A DNA stretch of 64,000 nt from Sedimentisphaerales bacterium (GCA_963708075.1 OY970194.1:832001-896000), one strand, 5' to 3'. Numbered from the stretch's first letter, positions 1 through 12,118 are shown. Program-made: numbers and translations. Notes: generated by a model from the letters alone, not told the origin.

Positions 1-381
1 CCTGTAGACACGCCGGAAAGACAAAATGGCTGGTACGTCATGGCCTTCTCGCTCGACGTCGAGAGGATGAACTGCGACATTCATCAGTTCGTCGCGGCCG
101 CGGGCGCCGAGGGAGCCCCATGCTGGCGGGTCTTCTGGCCCCAGTGCCACACGGAGCGGGCTTACACCGAACACAGGGCCTTTGGACGGAGCGGTTTCCC
201 ATTCACGTCGAAGGAGTACACTGACCCTGCCAGCGTCAACTACCGCAAGGTCAAGGTGCCCAACGCGATCTGGCATCAAAGCCACACCTTTACCTGCTTC
301 GCGTATCCAACCTTCACGGAGGACGACTGCCGGCAAATCGGTGCGGCCCTGGCCAAGGTGATCCAGGCCTATGCCAAGTAG
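1..381 (+). CDS. C-terminal part of a DegT/DnrJ/EryC1/StrS-family aminotransferase (5'-truncated by window edge)
   Basis: Frame is open from position 1 (PVDTPERQNGWYVM...). C-terminus 'PNAIW...TCFAYPTFTEDDCRQIGAALAKV' resembles the DegT-family tail. Confidence 0.7.
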   Translation, partial: PVDTPERQNGWYVMAFSLDVERMNCDIHQFVAAAGAEGAPCWRVFWPQCHTERAYTEHRAFGRSGFPFTSKEYTDPASVNYRKVKVPNAIWHQSHTFTCFAYPTFTEDDCRQIGAALAKVIQAYAK

Positions 382-393
382 GGAGACCGTTGC

Positions 394-1461
394 ATGCGAA
401 AAGTAAGATACGCTCTCATCGGTTTTGGCGGCATCGCCGAGAACCGCATCGCCAGGGAAGGGTTCGGCCTCGATAAGAGCCGCTTTGCAGGACACCCACG
501 CGCAGAGCTCGTCGGTGCGACGGATAGAGTCGTGGCACGGCGGGATGCAGCGGTGCGCCTGGGCCTCAAAGGGTACGATTCCATCGAAGCCGTCCTGAGC
601 GATCCGGCGATAGAGGCGGTCTTCATTGCCACCAACAACTTGTTCCATGCGCCGCTGGCTCAGCAAGCGATCCGGGCCGGCAAGCACTGCCTCATCGAGA
701 AGCCAATCACGACCACGCTCGAAGACGCCACGACATTGCAGCGGTTCGCACGCGAGCGGGGCGTGAGTTTGGCGGTTGATCACATGATGACCGAGAACGC
801 GTACAATCGCCGTGCCAGGGACTTGATCGGCCAAGGCGCCATTGGCGAGGTAAACGACGTATCTCTTCACATGGAGTTCTGCTATGGCTCGACTCCTGAC
901 GAGGCGGCGACCTGGCGATGTGCCGACCCAAAGGAAATCGGCGGCCCCATCGGCGACGTGGGCAGCCATTGCCTCTACATGGCGGAGTTCCTGCTTGGTA
1001 GCGAGGTGATGGACCTATCCTGCGTCTACACGCCCAGGACGCTGAAGATCGCCGTGGAGAATGGGGCATTCGTGCAGTTTCGCCTGCGCAACGGGGTCCA
1101 GGGGACTGTACGCGTGGCCTTCAACCAGCTTCGTGGTGGCCCGGGCGGCACCTTGACCGGCCTGGGCTATGAAGTCTACGGCACTCGCGGCGTTCTCAGG
1201 GGCTGCGCTACATTGTTCCAATTGTCGGGCCATCCCGGCGAGCCGGTGGAGGTCCGCCTCGAAGTGGACAACTTCAATCGTATGGAGAAGATCAAGATCG
1301 ATGCGGTACAAAATATCTACCAGGTGGTCATCGGCAGGCACGCCGAGTCCATCATCAATCGTGCGCCGCTGGATGCCGCCGACGCCGTGCATAACCTCAA
1401 ACTCGTCCTCGCCTGCTACCAATCGGCAGAACACGACGGTCGCGTAATCGAGTTCAAATGA
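394..1461 (+). CDS. Gfo/Idh/MocA family oxidoreductase
   Basis: ALIGFGGIA Rossmann motif, GKHCLIEKP, DVGSH. GGGAG RBS upstream. Confidence 0.9.
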   Translation: MRKVRYALIGFGGIAENRIAREGFGLDKSRFAGHPRAELVGATDRVVARRDAAVRLGLKGYDSIEAVLSDPAIEAVFIATNNLFHAPLAQQAIRAGKHCLIEKPITTTLEDATTLQRFARERGVSLAVDHMMTENAYNRRARDLIGQGAIGEVNDVSLHMEFCYGSTPDEAATWRCADPKEIGGPIGDVGSHCLYMAEFLLGSEVMDLSCVYTPRTLKIAVENGAFVQFRLRNGVQGTVRVAFNQLRGGPGGTLTGLGYEVYGTRGVLRGCATLFQLSGHPGEPVEVRLEVDNFNRMEKIKIDAVQNIYQVVIGRHAESIINRAPLDAADAVHNLKLVLACYQSAEHDGRVIEFK

Positions 1462-1475
1462 CATAGAGGAATCAG

Positions 1476-2501
1476 TTGAACGGCTATCAGAGGATCAAAG
1501 CCGCAGTTGAAGGCAGGCATGCGGACACGCGGCCGGTGATGCTGCACAACTTCTTGATGGCGGCACGCGAAGCCGGCTACGCCATGGCCGAGTATCGTGA
1601 AGACCCCAGGAAGGTCGCCGCGAGTTTCATCCAAGCCGTCGAGACGTACCGATATGACGGGATCGTGGTGGACGTCGATACGGCGACTCTCGCGGGAGCC
1701 GTGGGCGTTCCGGTCGATTTCCCGGAGGATCAGCCGGCAAGGGCGTATCGGTCCGGCATGGCCCATCTTGAACAAGTGAAAGACCTCGATCCACCCGACA
1801 TTGGCAACCATCGCTACGTTCGAAACTGGCTTGAAGCAGTTCGGATTCTGCGCGAGCATTTCCGCGATGAGATTTATATACGAGGCAATTGCGACCAGGC
1901 GCCGTTCTCGCTGGCGAGCATAATGCGGACACCCGAGCAGTGGATGATGGATCTGGTGACGGACGAGGACGGTGTCTTCTCGCTGCTGGAGTATTGCACG
2001 ACAGCGGCCTGTCAGTTCATCCGGCTGATGGCTCAGACAGGTTGCCACATGGTCTCGAACGGCGACAGCCCCGCCGGTCCGGAGATGATCTCTCCTGCCA
2101 TGTATCGCCAATTCGCTCTGCCGTATGAGAAGCGAGTAGTCGAGGAAGCACACAGACATGGGTTGCCTTACACGCTGCACATCTGCGGCAAGACCAACGC
2201 GATTCTGAAGGATATGCTCAGAACCGGCGCTGATTGCTTCGAGCTGGACTACAAGACGGAAATCGAGCTGGCATTTTCCTTGTTCAAAGATACTGCTTGC
2301 TTGATCGGAAACATCGATCCCTCCGGCGTCCTCGCACTGGGTACCGCCGATGATGTGAAACGCGAAACGCAAAGAGTGCTGGACGTGTATTCCGGCTGCG
2401 CCCGCTTCATCCTCAATGCCGGATGCGCGATACCTGCGGAAACGCCGAGCAAGAATATCCGCGCCTTGATCGCCACGGCGCGGGCACACGGTGCGTGCTG
2501 A
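1476..2501 (+). CDS. Uroporphyrinogen decarboxylase / MtaA-CmuA family protein
   Basis: APFSLA, MISPAMYRQFALPY, LHICG, GNIDP, FILNAGC. TTG start after a GAGGA RBS. Confidence 0.88.
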   Translation: MNGYQRIKAAVEGRHADTRPVMLHNFLMAAREAGYAMAEYREDPRKVAASFIQAVETYRYDGIVVDVDTATLAGAVGVPVDFPEDQPARAYRSGMAHLEQVKDLDPPDIGNHRYVRNWLEAVRILREHFRDEIYIRGNCDQAPFSLASIMRTPEQWMMDLVTDEDGVFSLLEYCTTAACQFIRLMAQTGCHMVSNGDSPAGPEMISPAMYRQFALPYEKRVVEEAHRHGLPYTLHICGKTNAILKDMLRTGADCFELDYKTEIELAFSLFKDTACLIGNIDPSGVLALGTADDVKRETQRVLDVYSGCARFILNAGCAIPAETPSKNIRALIATARAHGAC

Positions 2502-2505
2502 CCTG

Positions 2506-3462
2506 TCAGCAGATAATGCGTAGTCTCCGAGGGAGCACGCGGTAGTCGATGGTCTGAATGGGACTTGGATGCATTTCTCCGTCGTCGCACACCCGGCTGG
2601 GGTGATTCAGTGTAACGGAGAGGGAGGTGGCCTGAAAACGCGTGGCTCGCTTATGCCGCTCCAATGCCCTGCGATAGACGAGCGGGATCAGTTGCAGGGC
2701 TTCCCACTTGCTCGCCATCTCGATCAGCAAGCAGTCCAGGATGCCATCATCAGGCTGGGCGCCGGGGAGCATCGTCAGTCCTCCAAATCGCGGAGCATTG
2801 CCGACGAGAAGCACGGCATAGCGGCCATGAAACGTCCGTTCGTCTGTTTTCACAGTCATTTCCCACCCGGCACTCATTTCCCGAATCACGCTAAATGCCG
2901 GAATCACGTAGCGCAACGAACCCCTGAATCTTGTCATCCTTAGGCTCCTGGCGGCGACCTCGGCGAAGTAGCCCAGACAGGACGCCGAGCAGAAGTAGTG
3001 ACTCCCTGCCTGTCCGACATCTACGTCCCGGGCCCTTCCGTTGAGAATGATTCTGCACGCTTCTCGCACGCTTTGAGGGACGCCCAGGCTCTTTGAGAAA
3101 TCGTTCGATGAGCCTGCGGGGACAATGCCGATCGGGGGCAGGTGCTCCTGCCCGGACGCGAGAAGTCCGTTGACCACGTCGTTAAGGGTGCCGTCGCCTC
3201 CGACGACGATGACAGTATCCGCACTCCGTGCTGTGGCGGCCAACTCCCTGGCGTGGCCGGGATACTCGGCCACATGCAATGAGAAGACAAGTCCCTGCAC
3301 GTGCAGGAAGTCTATTGCCTCGCGGACCCTCAGCCGGCCCGATCCCCAGTTGGCCTGTTCGTTGGCGATGATGATGTTGGAGCGTATGCGCTGCGGAGAA
3401 ATCTCTTCCGGCGTACAAGGGTGTTGAGTTCCCAGTGAAAACGCTGCTCTCATGTTATCCAT
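2506..3462 (-). CDS. Diacylglycerol/lipid kinase family protein (YegS/BmrU-like)
   Basis: VVGGDGTLNDVVNG, IVPAGSSNDF, VDVG, GNAPRFGG, DDGE. True start may be downstream of 3462. Confidence 0.88.
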   Translation of the reverse strand: MDNMRAAFSLGTQHPCTPEEISPQRIRSNIIIANEQANWGSGRLRVREAIDFLHVQGLVFSLHVAEYPGHARELAATARSADTVIVVGGDGTLNDVVNGLLASGQEHLPPIGIVPAGSSNDFSKSLGVPQSVREACRIILNGRARDVDVGQAGSHYFCSASCLGYFAEVAARSLRMTRFRGSLRYVIPAFSVIREMSAGWEMTVKTDERTFHGRYAVLLVGNAPRFGGLTMLPGAQPDDGILDCLLIEMASKWEALQLIPLVYRRALERHKRATRFQATSLSVTLNHPSRVCDDGEMHPSPIQTIDYRVLPRRLRIIC

Positions 3463-4351
3463 GGCCGTTTACGATTCTTCGCTTCCGCAATGGCTCTCCG
3501 CGCGAGGGCTGCATCCGTGTCCACCTGAAAATCAAACATGCCCACGCAGATGAAATCCGCGCCGTTGGCGAATGCGAACCGGAATGCGTCCTCGGGTGGA
3601 ACGGCGCCTGCGGCCATGATCTTGAAGGCGATCCAGGGGACCTTCACGTCCCGCATGAAGGCCGCCGTCTTCTCGGGATCGTGGCAGAACATGTTGTCGT
3701 GATACTCCGCGTAATGGGGCGACTCCTTCTCGAACATCTCCAGGAACCGTCGATTCTCCTTCGGATGGGAAGACCAGTAGCGATCGTGATGGAAAGTCGT
3801 GAAGTAGAAGTCGGGCTTGAGCCCTTCCTTCTCGCAAAAGACGACGGGCTCGAGCCGATGGGCGCCGATACCGACGGGAATATCATACTTCCTCATGATC
3901 TTGAACGCTCTTACGATGTTGCCCTGTTTGCCCTGATGGTACCAGGTGTCGCTGGCGCCGCCCCACAGATAGGCCGCGGAGGCGCCCAGTTCCAGGTGCT
4001 CCACGAGCAGCCGTTCGTATTCCTCGATGTCCGTCGTGATCACGTCGGCAATCCACTTCATCTGGCCGCCGAACTCGTCCCAGTACCGGGCCAATCGCAT
4101 TCGCTGAAAGTTATGGTTCTTGAGGACGATGGAATTGATTCCGTTTTCTTCGCATTTCTGTAACGTCTCGAACACTTTCTTCTCGGTGTTGTACTGTCCG
4201 GCAAGGGCGTTCACGTAGAGCAGGTTCTCGCGTGCATGTTCGGGCTGATCAGATTGCTTCCGCTGATCAGGCGGCTGATCGACAGGTTGCGGATCTTTCC
4301 GACGGGCATACCCTTCGGATCGAGCGTCGTTTCCGAATTGTTTGAACCCAT
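3450..4351 (-). CDS. Conserved hypothetical TIM-barrel/aldo-keto-reductase-like protein; frameshift near 4224 (probable sequencing error)
   Basis: ATG at 4351 after GGAGAGG gives MGSNNS...GKIRNLSISRLISGSNLISPNMHAR. Removing one A restores 'HARDLLYVNAL' in frame with ORF 3450..4214 (KPW-like IAFKIMAAG, ADFICVGMFDFQ). Confidence 0.7.
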
Positions 4352-4406
4352 GCTTATGAACCTCTCCACATTGTCATTGGCTCACGTTTGTTCATGGCGC
4401 GCCGGC

Positions 4407-5527
4407 TCAGAAATCGGGAATGCGAATGACCTCTCCGCCCTTCATCGCCGACTCGTGGGCCAGGATGCCCACGGACGTCCAGTTGGCGGATTGGCTGGCG
4501 TTGGGGAAGGGGTCACGATTCTCCACGAGGCTCATGATGAACTCGTGAGCCAGGTGCGGATGCGAGCCCCCGTGCCCGCCGCCCTGCGTGAATGACAAGT
4601 GCTGATGCTCCGCCAGATCGTACACCCCCTTGGTCGTGAACATGCGGATCGGCTCCGGCAGCCGGTGGGCATAGTCGGGCACTTTGACCCTCTGCGGAAT
4701 CTCCGGCTCCGGCTTCTTGGCCGTATGGATGATCGGGTCTTCACCCTCGACCAGGGGCCATTCAAAGGCTTTCTTAGTACCGTACACGTCGAAGCTCTCG
4801 CGATACTGGCGCGCGGTGTCGAAGAGCGACCGGTAGATTCGGCGCAGATATCAGAGTCTTTGAACTTGATGTGCGTGGTCTCGACGGCGAACGGCGAATT
4901 GTACTTCGGAATGAGTTCTTCGCGGATGCGGCCGGAGCCGAAGCAGGAGACGTATTCGGCCGTCGCGCGAGTCAACGCCAGGCACGGGCCTACGCAATGG
5001 GTTGCGTAGTACATCGGCGGCAGGCCGGGCCAGTAATTGGGCCAGCCGTCCATGTCCTGCTGGTGACTCGCCTGCACAAACTGGATCTTTCCGAGCTCGC
5101 CCTTATCGTACAACTCCTTGATGAAGAGGAAGTCCCGGCTGTAAACGACGGTCTCCATCATCATGTACTTCTTGCCCATCTTCTTCGCGAGTTTGACAAT
5201 CTCCTGGCACTCGGCGACCGTCGTGGCCATCGGGACCGTGCAGGCGACATGCTTGCCCGCCTTCAGAGCCTTGATCGCCTGCGGCGCGTGATCGGGGATA
5301 GGCGTGTTGATATGGACCGCGTCGATGTTCTTATCCTTCAGCAGGGTGTCGAAATCGGTGTATCGCACGCCCACGCCGAACGAGTCGCCTATGGCGTCCA
5401 GCTTGCGTTTCGTCCGCTGGCAGATGGCGTACATGTTCGCGTGTGGATGCCTCTGGTAGAGCGGAATGAACTCGGCCCCGAACCCTAATCCGACGATTGC
5501 GATATTGATCTTGCCACCCATAATCAT
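4407..5527 (-). CDS. Gfo/Idh/MocA family oxidoreductase; frameshift near 4838
   Basis: IVGLGFG, GKHVACTVPM, then GGGHGGSHPHL in ORF 4407..4787. Adding one A at GAATCTAC restores 'EIYRSLFDTARQYRESFDVYG'. Confidence 0.85.
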
Positions 5528-5545
5528 TCCTTTCCGCTAAGCACA

Positions 5546-7580
5546 TCATTGTGCGGCCGCTGTTGTCCCTGCCGGCTCCCCAAGGGCATTGAGCGGCTGT
5601 TCGATAACGAGATGATCGCCCAGCACCCGGGCGAGATCGGGCAGGTCATATGTGGTCAGTGCCCCGTGGACTGCGTTGACCAACTGGTTGCGGGACAGAC
5701 CCGATTCGATGATATTCGACCACGAAGTCAGGCCTCGTATCAGCCGGACCGAGCCAAAAAGATTCGGCTCCAGCGCGGCGGCGTGCAGAGCAGGCACGCA
5801 GATGTGTCCCACAGCAACGAGATCGACCGGGCCTTTGGACTGCTCCTGAAGCAGGCGGGCGCATACGAGGATATCTTCCGCTCGCATTCCCACGTAAGAC
5901 CGGCCCAGCAAGTAGGCGGTGAGGACATCCTTGTTATCCGGGCCGAATAGATCGCCGCCCCAGCCGCCGCTCGATTGCGTCTCGCCCGTGCCCCGTACGT
6001 CCACGGCCATAACCACTCGACCAGTATCAACGAGCCTCTCTATCGGTCCGCCCGGCCCGGCATCTGCATCCTTGCCTTTCTCATGAACGTAGAGCACCGC
6101 GCCGGCAAGGGCGTCCCGTTTCGGCACGAAAACGATCGCTGGAAGGAGGACGCCGCTCTCCGGCGTTACCACCGTCTTCTTTACCTCCGGGCTGTCGGTT
6201 CTCGTGGCGCTCGACAGCAGCCTTGGGCAGATCTGCAAGGGCCCGGATACCCGTTATGCGACGGACCTGACTGAGCATGTCTGCCTGCGGAGTTGCGTGC
6301 CAACACTCACGTCGCTTCGCAGCCAACTCCTTCTCAAAATCGCGATTCAGGTCATACGTTGATCTTGCCCCCTCTAAGTGCATTACCTGACCATCAGGCG
6401 CGCATTGAGCCTCTTCGTCGCTGAGGAGCTTGACGGCAGGCTCCGCAATCGCCTTATCGACGCCGAGCAGCCAGCGTGACATCCATCGCGCGACACCCTC
6501 CCGTTGAACGTGGTTGTAGTTGTGCCCCGCATCGTTCTCCAGGAGGCTGATCCGCTCGGCGACACCCATTCGGGTATACAGACGCTTGGCGTAGCGGAAG
6601 CACGTCCACGTGCCCTGAATGTCAAAGAAGTCCTTTGTGGCGGCACAGATGAGAATGGGAGTTGGCGCTCGCATCATCAGGTAATCGGCGTGGTCCATTC
6701 CGAACGCCAGTTGCCCGAAGATATTCTGTTCCGCATCCTGAGGCCCGATGGTGGACAGAAGGGCCTCGAATCCGGTGATGTAGCAGCTTGGGGCTGCGGC
6801 GCGAATCCGGTCGTCCAGCGCCATCAGGTAGGAGGTCTGTGTCCCGCCGCCGCTGTTGCCGGTGCAGCCGATTCGATTTAGATCGACTTCGGGCCGGGAT
6901 TGCAGGTAATCGATCGCGCGCATGCCGTCCCAGATCTCGAACCGTGCGGTGCTGCGGCCGAGCAGAATGCTGCCGACCCCGAGGGTCGTGTGCGCGGTTG
7001 TCCCCTCCACTTTCGGCGATGCGGAGGGCATCTGGCTGCGCTCGCCCTGGTCGATTGGGTCGAACACGAGGGCCGCCATGCCGTTGAGGGCCAATAGAGC
7101 CCCCATGGTTTGATATTCGTCATGGGCTTTCGCTTCGGGCGCATGGCCGCAGGGCACGATCACGCCGGGAAATGGTGGCTTATGACTCTCACCGGTGGGA
7201 AGGAACAGCAGGGCGGTGACGTGGTGCTTCGGCTGGCTCTCGAAGATCACTTTCTCGACACGGTAACCATCGCGTTCAATAACGCCTGTCACTCTGGGAT
7301 TCAAGGGCATTCTAGCAGGCAGGCCGCCAATCGCTTCGAGAAATTTCTCCTGGAGGTTCTTCTGGTAAGCGGTGATCTGTACGGGCGTTTTCAATTCTTC
7401 GTATCGCTGCCGCCATTGCTCGAACTGCTGCCCGGCTTGCTGCCGCAGGTATCGAGCCATCATCTCACCAGCAGGAGCGCCGTCAATGCTCTCCGGCAGG
7501 ACACGCAGAGTCTCGTTTGCCAACGCCGCGACGGTCATCATCAGGCAGCAGCCTGTTATCAGCACGATCACATTGCGCAT
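5546..7580 (-). CDS. Secreted two-domain alpha/beta hydrolase (acetylxylan-esterase-like); frameshift around 6185-6215
   Basis: Signal peptide, GVIVPCGH, DPIDQGER, GCTGNSGGGTQT nucleophile motif. A second, degenerate hydrolase domain (DVRGTGET) is in ORF 5546..6238. Confidence 0.8.
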
Positions 7581-7779
7581 GATTCCGCCCCTTTCATGGA
7601 TCCGGCGTAATTCTATCCCGAGCGGTGTGTTGCGGCCATAGAAAACGGCAGATTACACAGTGCCCATGTCAGAAATGATGGAACATAACTCATGGACTGT
7701 TGCGAGGGACGCGATTAGAATACCGGCAACGCAGCCCGGGACAGACACAAGTGACGGTTTGTATTGGAGGTCGCGACCT

Positions 7780-9167
7780 ATGGCGAGCAGAACAGGAATC
7801 ATTGCGATATGTGTGTGCCTGACCGTATCGGGGTCCGCGCTGGCGGCTGGAGCGGAATCGCAAGCGACGTGGAAGGCGGGGGTGGCCACGGTGGTGATCA
7901 CGCCGGAGCAGTCCATGTGGATGGCCGGCTATGCGGCCCGGAACAAACCCTCCGAGGGAAAGGCCCACGAACTGCACGGCAAGGCCCTCGCCCTGGAGGA
8001 CGCCGAGGGCGCCCGGCTGGTGATCGTGACGGCGGACCTGATCGGCTTTCCCCGCGAACTTCGGAACCTGGTAGAGAAGGAGGTCGGCGACCGTTACAAG
8101 CTAGGCCGCGAGAGCCTGCTGCTCAATGCGTCCCACACACACAGCGGGCCGGAGCTGCGGGCCTGGCGGACGACTCAGGCATGGGATCTGCCGGAAGGGC
8201 AGATTGACCTGTGCAAACAATACAGCGAGAGTCTGCGAGGCAAGCTCGTCGAGCTTATAGGCCGCGCCCTGGCTGATCTCGCCCCGGCACAGCTTTCCTA
8301 CCTGCACGCGAGAGCGGGTTTTGCCATGAACCGCCGCTCGCAGGGAGGAGGCGGGTACAGCATTGCTCCGAATGCGGACGGCCCAGTTGATCACGATGTC
8401 CCCGTGCTTCGCGTGGACGGCCCGGATGGGAAATTGCGGGCGCTGCTCTTTGGCTACGCGTGCCACAACACGACGCTCGACTTCTACCAATTCTGCGGCG
8501 ATTATGCAGGCTTTGCGCAGGAGTACGTCGAGGAAGCTCACCAAGGGACGACCGCATTGTTTATGATCGGCTGCGGCGGCGACCAGAACCCGACGCCTCG
8601 CCGCACGTTGGAATTGGCGAAACAACACGGGCGTGCACTGGCCAATGGGGTAGAGGCAGCGCTGCAGGCGAAGCCTCGGGCAGTACGCGGACCGCTGCGA
8701 GTAGCCTTGGACGAGGTGCCGCTGGAACTGGAGGGACCGCCCAGTACCGAGCAATTGAAACAGCAGGCGCAGTCCACAGACAAGTACCAGAAGCGCAACG
8801 CCGGGGACGTGCTGAGCGCACTGGAGAAGGCGGGCCGGGTGCCCTCGAGTTATCCGTATCTTGTGCAGGTGGTTCAGTTCGGCGACGATCTGACGATGAT
8901 CGGGCTGGCCGGCGAGGTGGTCGTGGACTACTCGCTTCGTCTGAAGAGGGAGTTTGCCGGGCGCCGGTCTGGGTGGCCGGCTACACCAACGACGTGTTCG
9001 GCTACGTGCCGTCGCGGCGAGTCCTGGAGGAGGGCGGGTACGAGGCCCGCGGCGCGATCCTGTACTACGGGACGATGCTGACGCCATTTGCCCCCTCGGT
9101 GGAAGAGCGGATCATCGGCAAGGTACACGAGTTGGTGGATAAGGTGCGCACGCCAAACCAGAAATGA
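7780..9167 (+). CDS. Neutral/alkaline ceramidase N-terminal-domain family hydrolase, secreted; frameshift near 8960
   Basis: GGAGG RBS then ATG 7780. Motifs MAGYAAR, NASHTHSGP, FGYACHNT, GCGGDQNP. C-terminus 'VWVAGYTNDVFGYVPS...EGGYE' lies in the shifted frame. Confidence 0.82.
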
Positions 9168-10564
9168 CATCCTTTGACATTGATCGAAAGGGTTCTGCGA
9201 TGATGGTCGAATCAGTATCAAGGTACTCGGGCTTTTGGAAGTTGATCTCTCTGGCCGCCGTGCTTGCGGCGATCTGTGCGTCACCCGCGTCGGCGGATCT
9301 GAAGGCGCGGATCCATGATTCCGGTTTTGCACTGGCGCACGACACCTACAACGGTATGGGCACCGGAAGCGACGGCAAGATCTACTACGTTCTGTCCTCC
9401 CAGTCCTATGAGGTTGGTGCGAAGATGTTCTGCTACGATCCTGTCACGGACAAGGTCGAGCCCCTGGGGGACATCACCGAGGCGTGCGGTGAGAAGGATG
9501 CCAAGACGATTGTGCAGGGGAAATCGCACGTCACCTTCGTGGAGCGGGAGGGCAAGCTTTACTTCGCCACCCACGTGGGATACTACAGCATCATCGACGG
9601 GATGGAGAAGATAGGTATCCCTCCGCAGGGATGGAAGCCATACCCCGGCGGTCACTTCCTGGCCTATGACATGAAGACAAGGAAGTTCGAAGACCTTGCC
9701 AAAGCCCCGCGTGGCGAGGGGATTCTCACAATGACGATGGATGCGAAGCGAGGACGGCTCTACGGCTTGACCTGGCCTGCCGGGCATTTCCTTCGTTATG
9801 ACCTGGCGAAGAAAGAACTGAAGGACCTGGGCCCCGTTTCAAGGCAGGGCGAGAATGGCAAAGGCGAGAATTACCGCACGCTCTGTCGTTCGTTCGTAGT
9901 CGATCCAACGGATGGCTCGCTCTATTTCACCGTCGGCGATGGCGACATCTTCCGCTATCGTTATGACCGCGACGCCATCGAGGTGGTAAGCGGCGACGAT
10001 CTGCGAAAAGATTACTTTGGACTCTATGACCCGACATCGGCCGGCCACATGGGCTATAACTGGAGACAGACGGTCTGGTATGACCCGGAGAAGGCCATCT
10101 ATGGCGTGCACGGCAACTCCGGCTACCTGTTCCGTTTCGTTCCCGGCGTTTCACAGGTGGAGATCGTGGACCGCATCACATCGAAGCCGTCGCAGCGAAG
10201 CGGGATGTTCGACCAGTTCAGCTACGGCTATCTGGGCTTCACCCTCGGACCGGACGGGAAGACGATTCACTACCTGACAGGCGGTCCGGTGTACGTTGAG
10301 GGTAAGCGAGTCGCGGGGAAATCGAAAACGGCCATGGGTGAATCCAAGGGGATCGAGAATCTCCACCTGATCACCTATGATATCGGGGCCCGCAAGTACA
10401 CGGATCGAGGTCCCATCTTCTTCGAGGATGGACGCCGGCCGTATTATGTGAACTCGATTGCTGTGGGCAAGGACGGCTCGGTGTACGCCCTGTCACGAGT
10501 CACGCAAGGGCCGGATCCGAAAACAGACCTGATCAGCATCCGCGGCCCGTTTGCGGGCAAGTAA
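9164..10564 (+). CDS. Secreted hypothetical beta-propeller-like protein
   Basis: Signal peptide. Repeated DGKIYY / GKLYFAT / GRLYGLT / DGSLYFT / DGSVYAL blades. Start may be near 9200. Confidence 0.75.
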   Translation: MTSFDIDRKGSAMMVESVSRYSGFWKLISLAAVLAAICASPASADLKARIHDSGFALAHDTYNGMGTGSDGKIYYVLSSQSYEVGAKMFCYDPVTDKVEPLGDITEACGEKDAKTIVQGKSHVTFVEREGKLYFATHVGYYSIIDGMEKIGIPPQGWKPYPGGHFLAYDMKTRKFEDLAKAPRGEGILTMTMDAKRGRLYGLTWPAGHFLRYDLAKKELKDLGPVSRQGENGKGENYRTLCRSFVVDPTDGSLYFTVGDGDIFRYRYDRDAIEVVSGDDLRKDYFGLYDPTSAGHMGYNWRQTVWYDPEKAIYGVHGNSGYLFRFVPGVSQVEIVDRITSKPSQRSGMFDQFSYGYLGFTLGPDGKTIHYLTGGPVYVEGKRVAGKSKTAMGESKGIENLHLITYDIGARKYTDRGPIFFEDGRRPYYVNSIAVGKDGSVYALSRVTQGPDPKTDLISIRGPFAGK

Positions 10565-10585
10565 ATCCGGGAAAGGGGAGAACGT

Positions 10586-12112
10586 ATGATGTGGTCCATT
10601 ACACTGCAGATCCTGGTGTGGAGCATGGCAGTTGCGCCATCAGCGGCTGGGTTTCCAGGCGTCGATGACTTGCCGAGGCTACTCCCGGGCAGGACGTTTG
10701 CGGAGAATGCGCTGTGGATCGAGAACCCGTTGGAGAAGCGGTTCAACTCTTCGAAGCAGGTCGTGGTGGCCCAGATCAAGGGGCCCGCGGTCATCACGAT
10801 GATCCATTTCGCCATGCCGCAGGCGTTGACGTTGAATCGCGATGTGCTCCTGCGAGCCTACTGGGACGGCGAGACCTCCCCCAGCATCGATTGTCCTCTC
10901 GTCGACTTCTTCTGCGACCCGGCGGGTCTGCGCGAGGAGGTCAACACGCTCCTGCTGAACAAGCGGCGGGGCTTCAACGGCTGGTTCCCCATGCCGTTTC
11001 GCACCTCCGCCAGAATCGAGCTGGTCTATGACGGACCGGTTGCGCCGGGCGATGAGTTGTGGAAGATCATGCCGTGCTACAGTTATGTCATGTACCGGCC
11101 GCTGAGCGAGGTCGCCCCCGATGTCGGTCGCTTCCACGCCCACTGGCGTCAGGAAGGGCTGCTTCTGGGCACTCGCGACTACGTGGCCCTGGAGGCGAAG
11201 GGACAAGGCAAATTCATCGGCTGGAACGTCACCGTGCGAAAACCGGGCAGGGCGGGCTATCCCGTCGACGAAAATGAGAAGTTCTACGTCGATGGCGAGA
11301 TGACGCCGTCGGTGGAGTTCCAGGGGATCGAAGACTCCTTTGGATTCAGTTGGGGCTTTCCGCCGACCCAGAGCGAGTTTCCTCTGACCGGGTACTTCCC
11401 TTTCCTCAAGGGCGGTTGCGGATACCGGTTCTTCCTCAACGATGCGATCTCCTTTGAGAAGTCCCTGCGAGTGACAATCGGTTTTGGCACCAATGAGGAT
11501 CCTTTCTTTCGCAAGGAGTTCAGCCGGCCGGGCAGCACGCTTCAACTGTCGAGCGTCGTGTACTGGTATCAGACCGAGCCACACGCGCAGTTGCCGGTGA
11601 TGCCCGCAGTGGCGGATCGGGCTCCGGCGCCGGAAGAACCGTTCTGGCCGGACAAGGAGAAGCTGCCTTCGGCCGAGGAGTTGAAGAACCGCGGGGTTCG
11701 CTTTCTGATGCTATGCGGCCGGCCGGAGAAGGAAATCATCTACGCATATCCCGGCTTTGGCGCCGAGGTCAAGTCCGGCTATGCCTGGGACGGCTGGAGC
11801 CTGCCGGTCTATCATTCCCGTGCCGACAACAAGGAGGTGCAAATCGAGCTGAGCGTTCCCAAAGAAGCCAAGGGAACGATCCGTGTGTACATGATCGATC
11901 CCGACAACTTCGAGGGCGGCCGGAAGCAATCCGTCACCATCGCCGGCAAATCGCTCGGTGTCATCGAGAGTTTTCAGGAGGGTCGCTGGTTTGAGCAGGC
12001 TGTCACCGGGGCCGAATCGGCCAATGGCAAAATCCTGGTTCAGGCCACTAACATGCGCCAGGGCTCCAACGCGGTGATCTCGATCATCGAGTGGGTCGAA
12101 GCGAAACCCTGA
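10586..12112 (+). CDS. DUF2961 (GH172-like) glycoside hydrolase with C-terminal extra domain
   Basis: GPAVITMIH, YWDGETSPSIDCPLVDFF, FPMPF, DENEKFYVDGE, GIEDSFG, SSVVYWYQ. Confidence 0.85.
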   Translation: MMWSITLQILVWSMAVAPSAAGFPGVDDLPRLLPGRTFAENALWIENPLEKRFNSSKQVVVAQIKGPAVITMIHFAMPQALTLNRDVLLRAYWDGETSPSIDCPLVDFFCDPAGLREEVNTLLLNKRRGFNGWFPMPFRTSARIELVYDGPVAPGDELWKIMPCYSYVMYRPLSEVAPDVGRFHAHWRQEGLLLGTRDYVALEAKGQGKFIGWNVTVRKPGRAGYPVDENEKFYVDGEMTPSVEFQGIEDSFGFSWGFPPTQSEFPLTGYFPFLKGGCGYRFFLNDAISFEKSLRVTIGFGTNEDPFFRKEFSRPGSTLQLSSVVYWYQTEPHAQLPVMPAVADRAPAPEEPFWPDKEKLPSAEELKNRGVRFLMLCGRPEKEIIYAYPGFGAEVKSGYAWDGWSLPVYHSRADNKEVQIELSVPKEAKGTIRVYMIDPDNFEGGRKQSVTIAGKSLGVIESFQEGRWFEQAVTGAESANGKILVQATNMRQGSNAVISIIEWVEAKP

Positions 12113-12118
12113 TTTCGT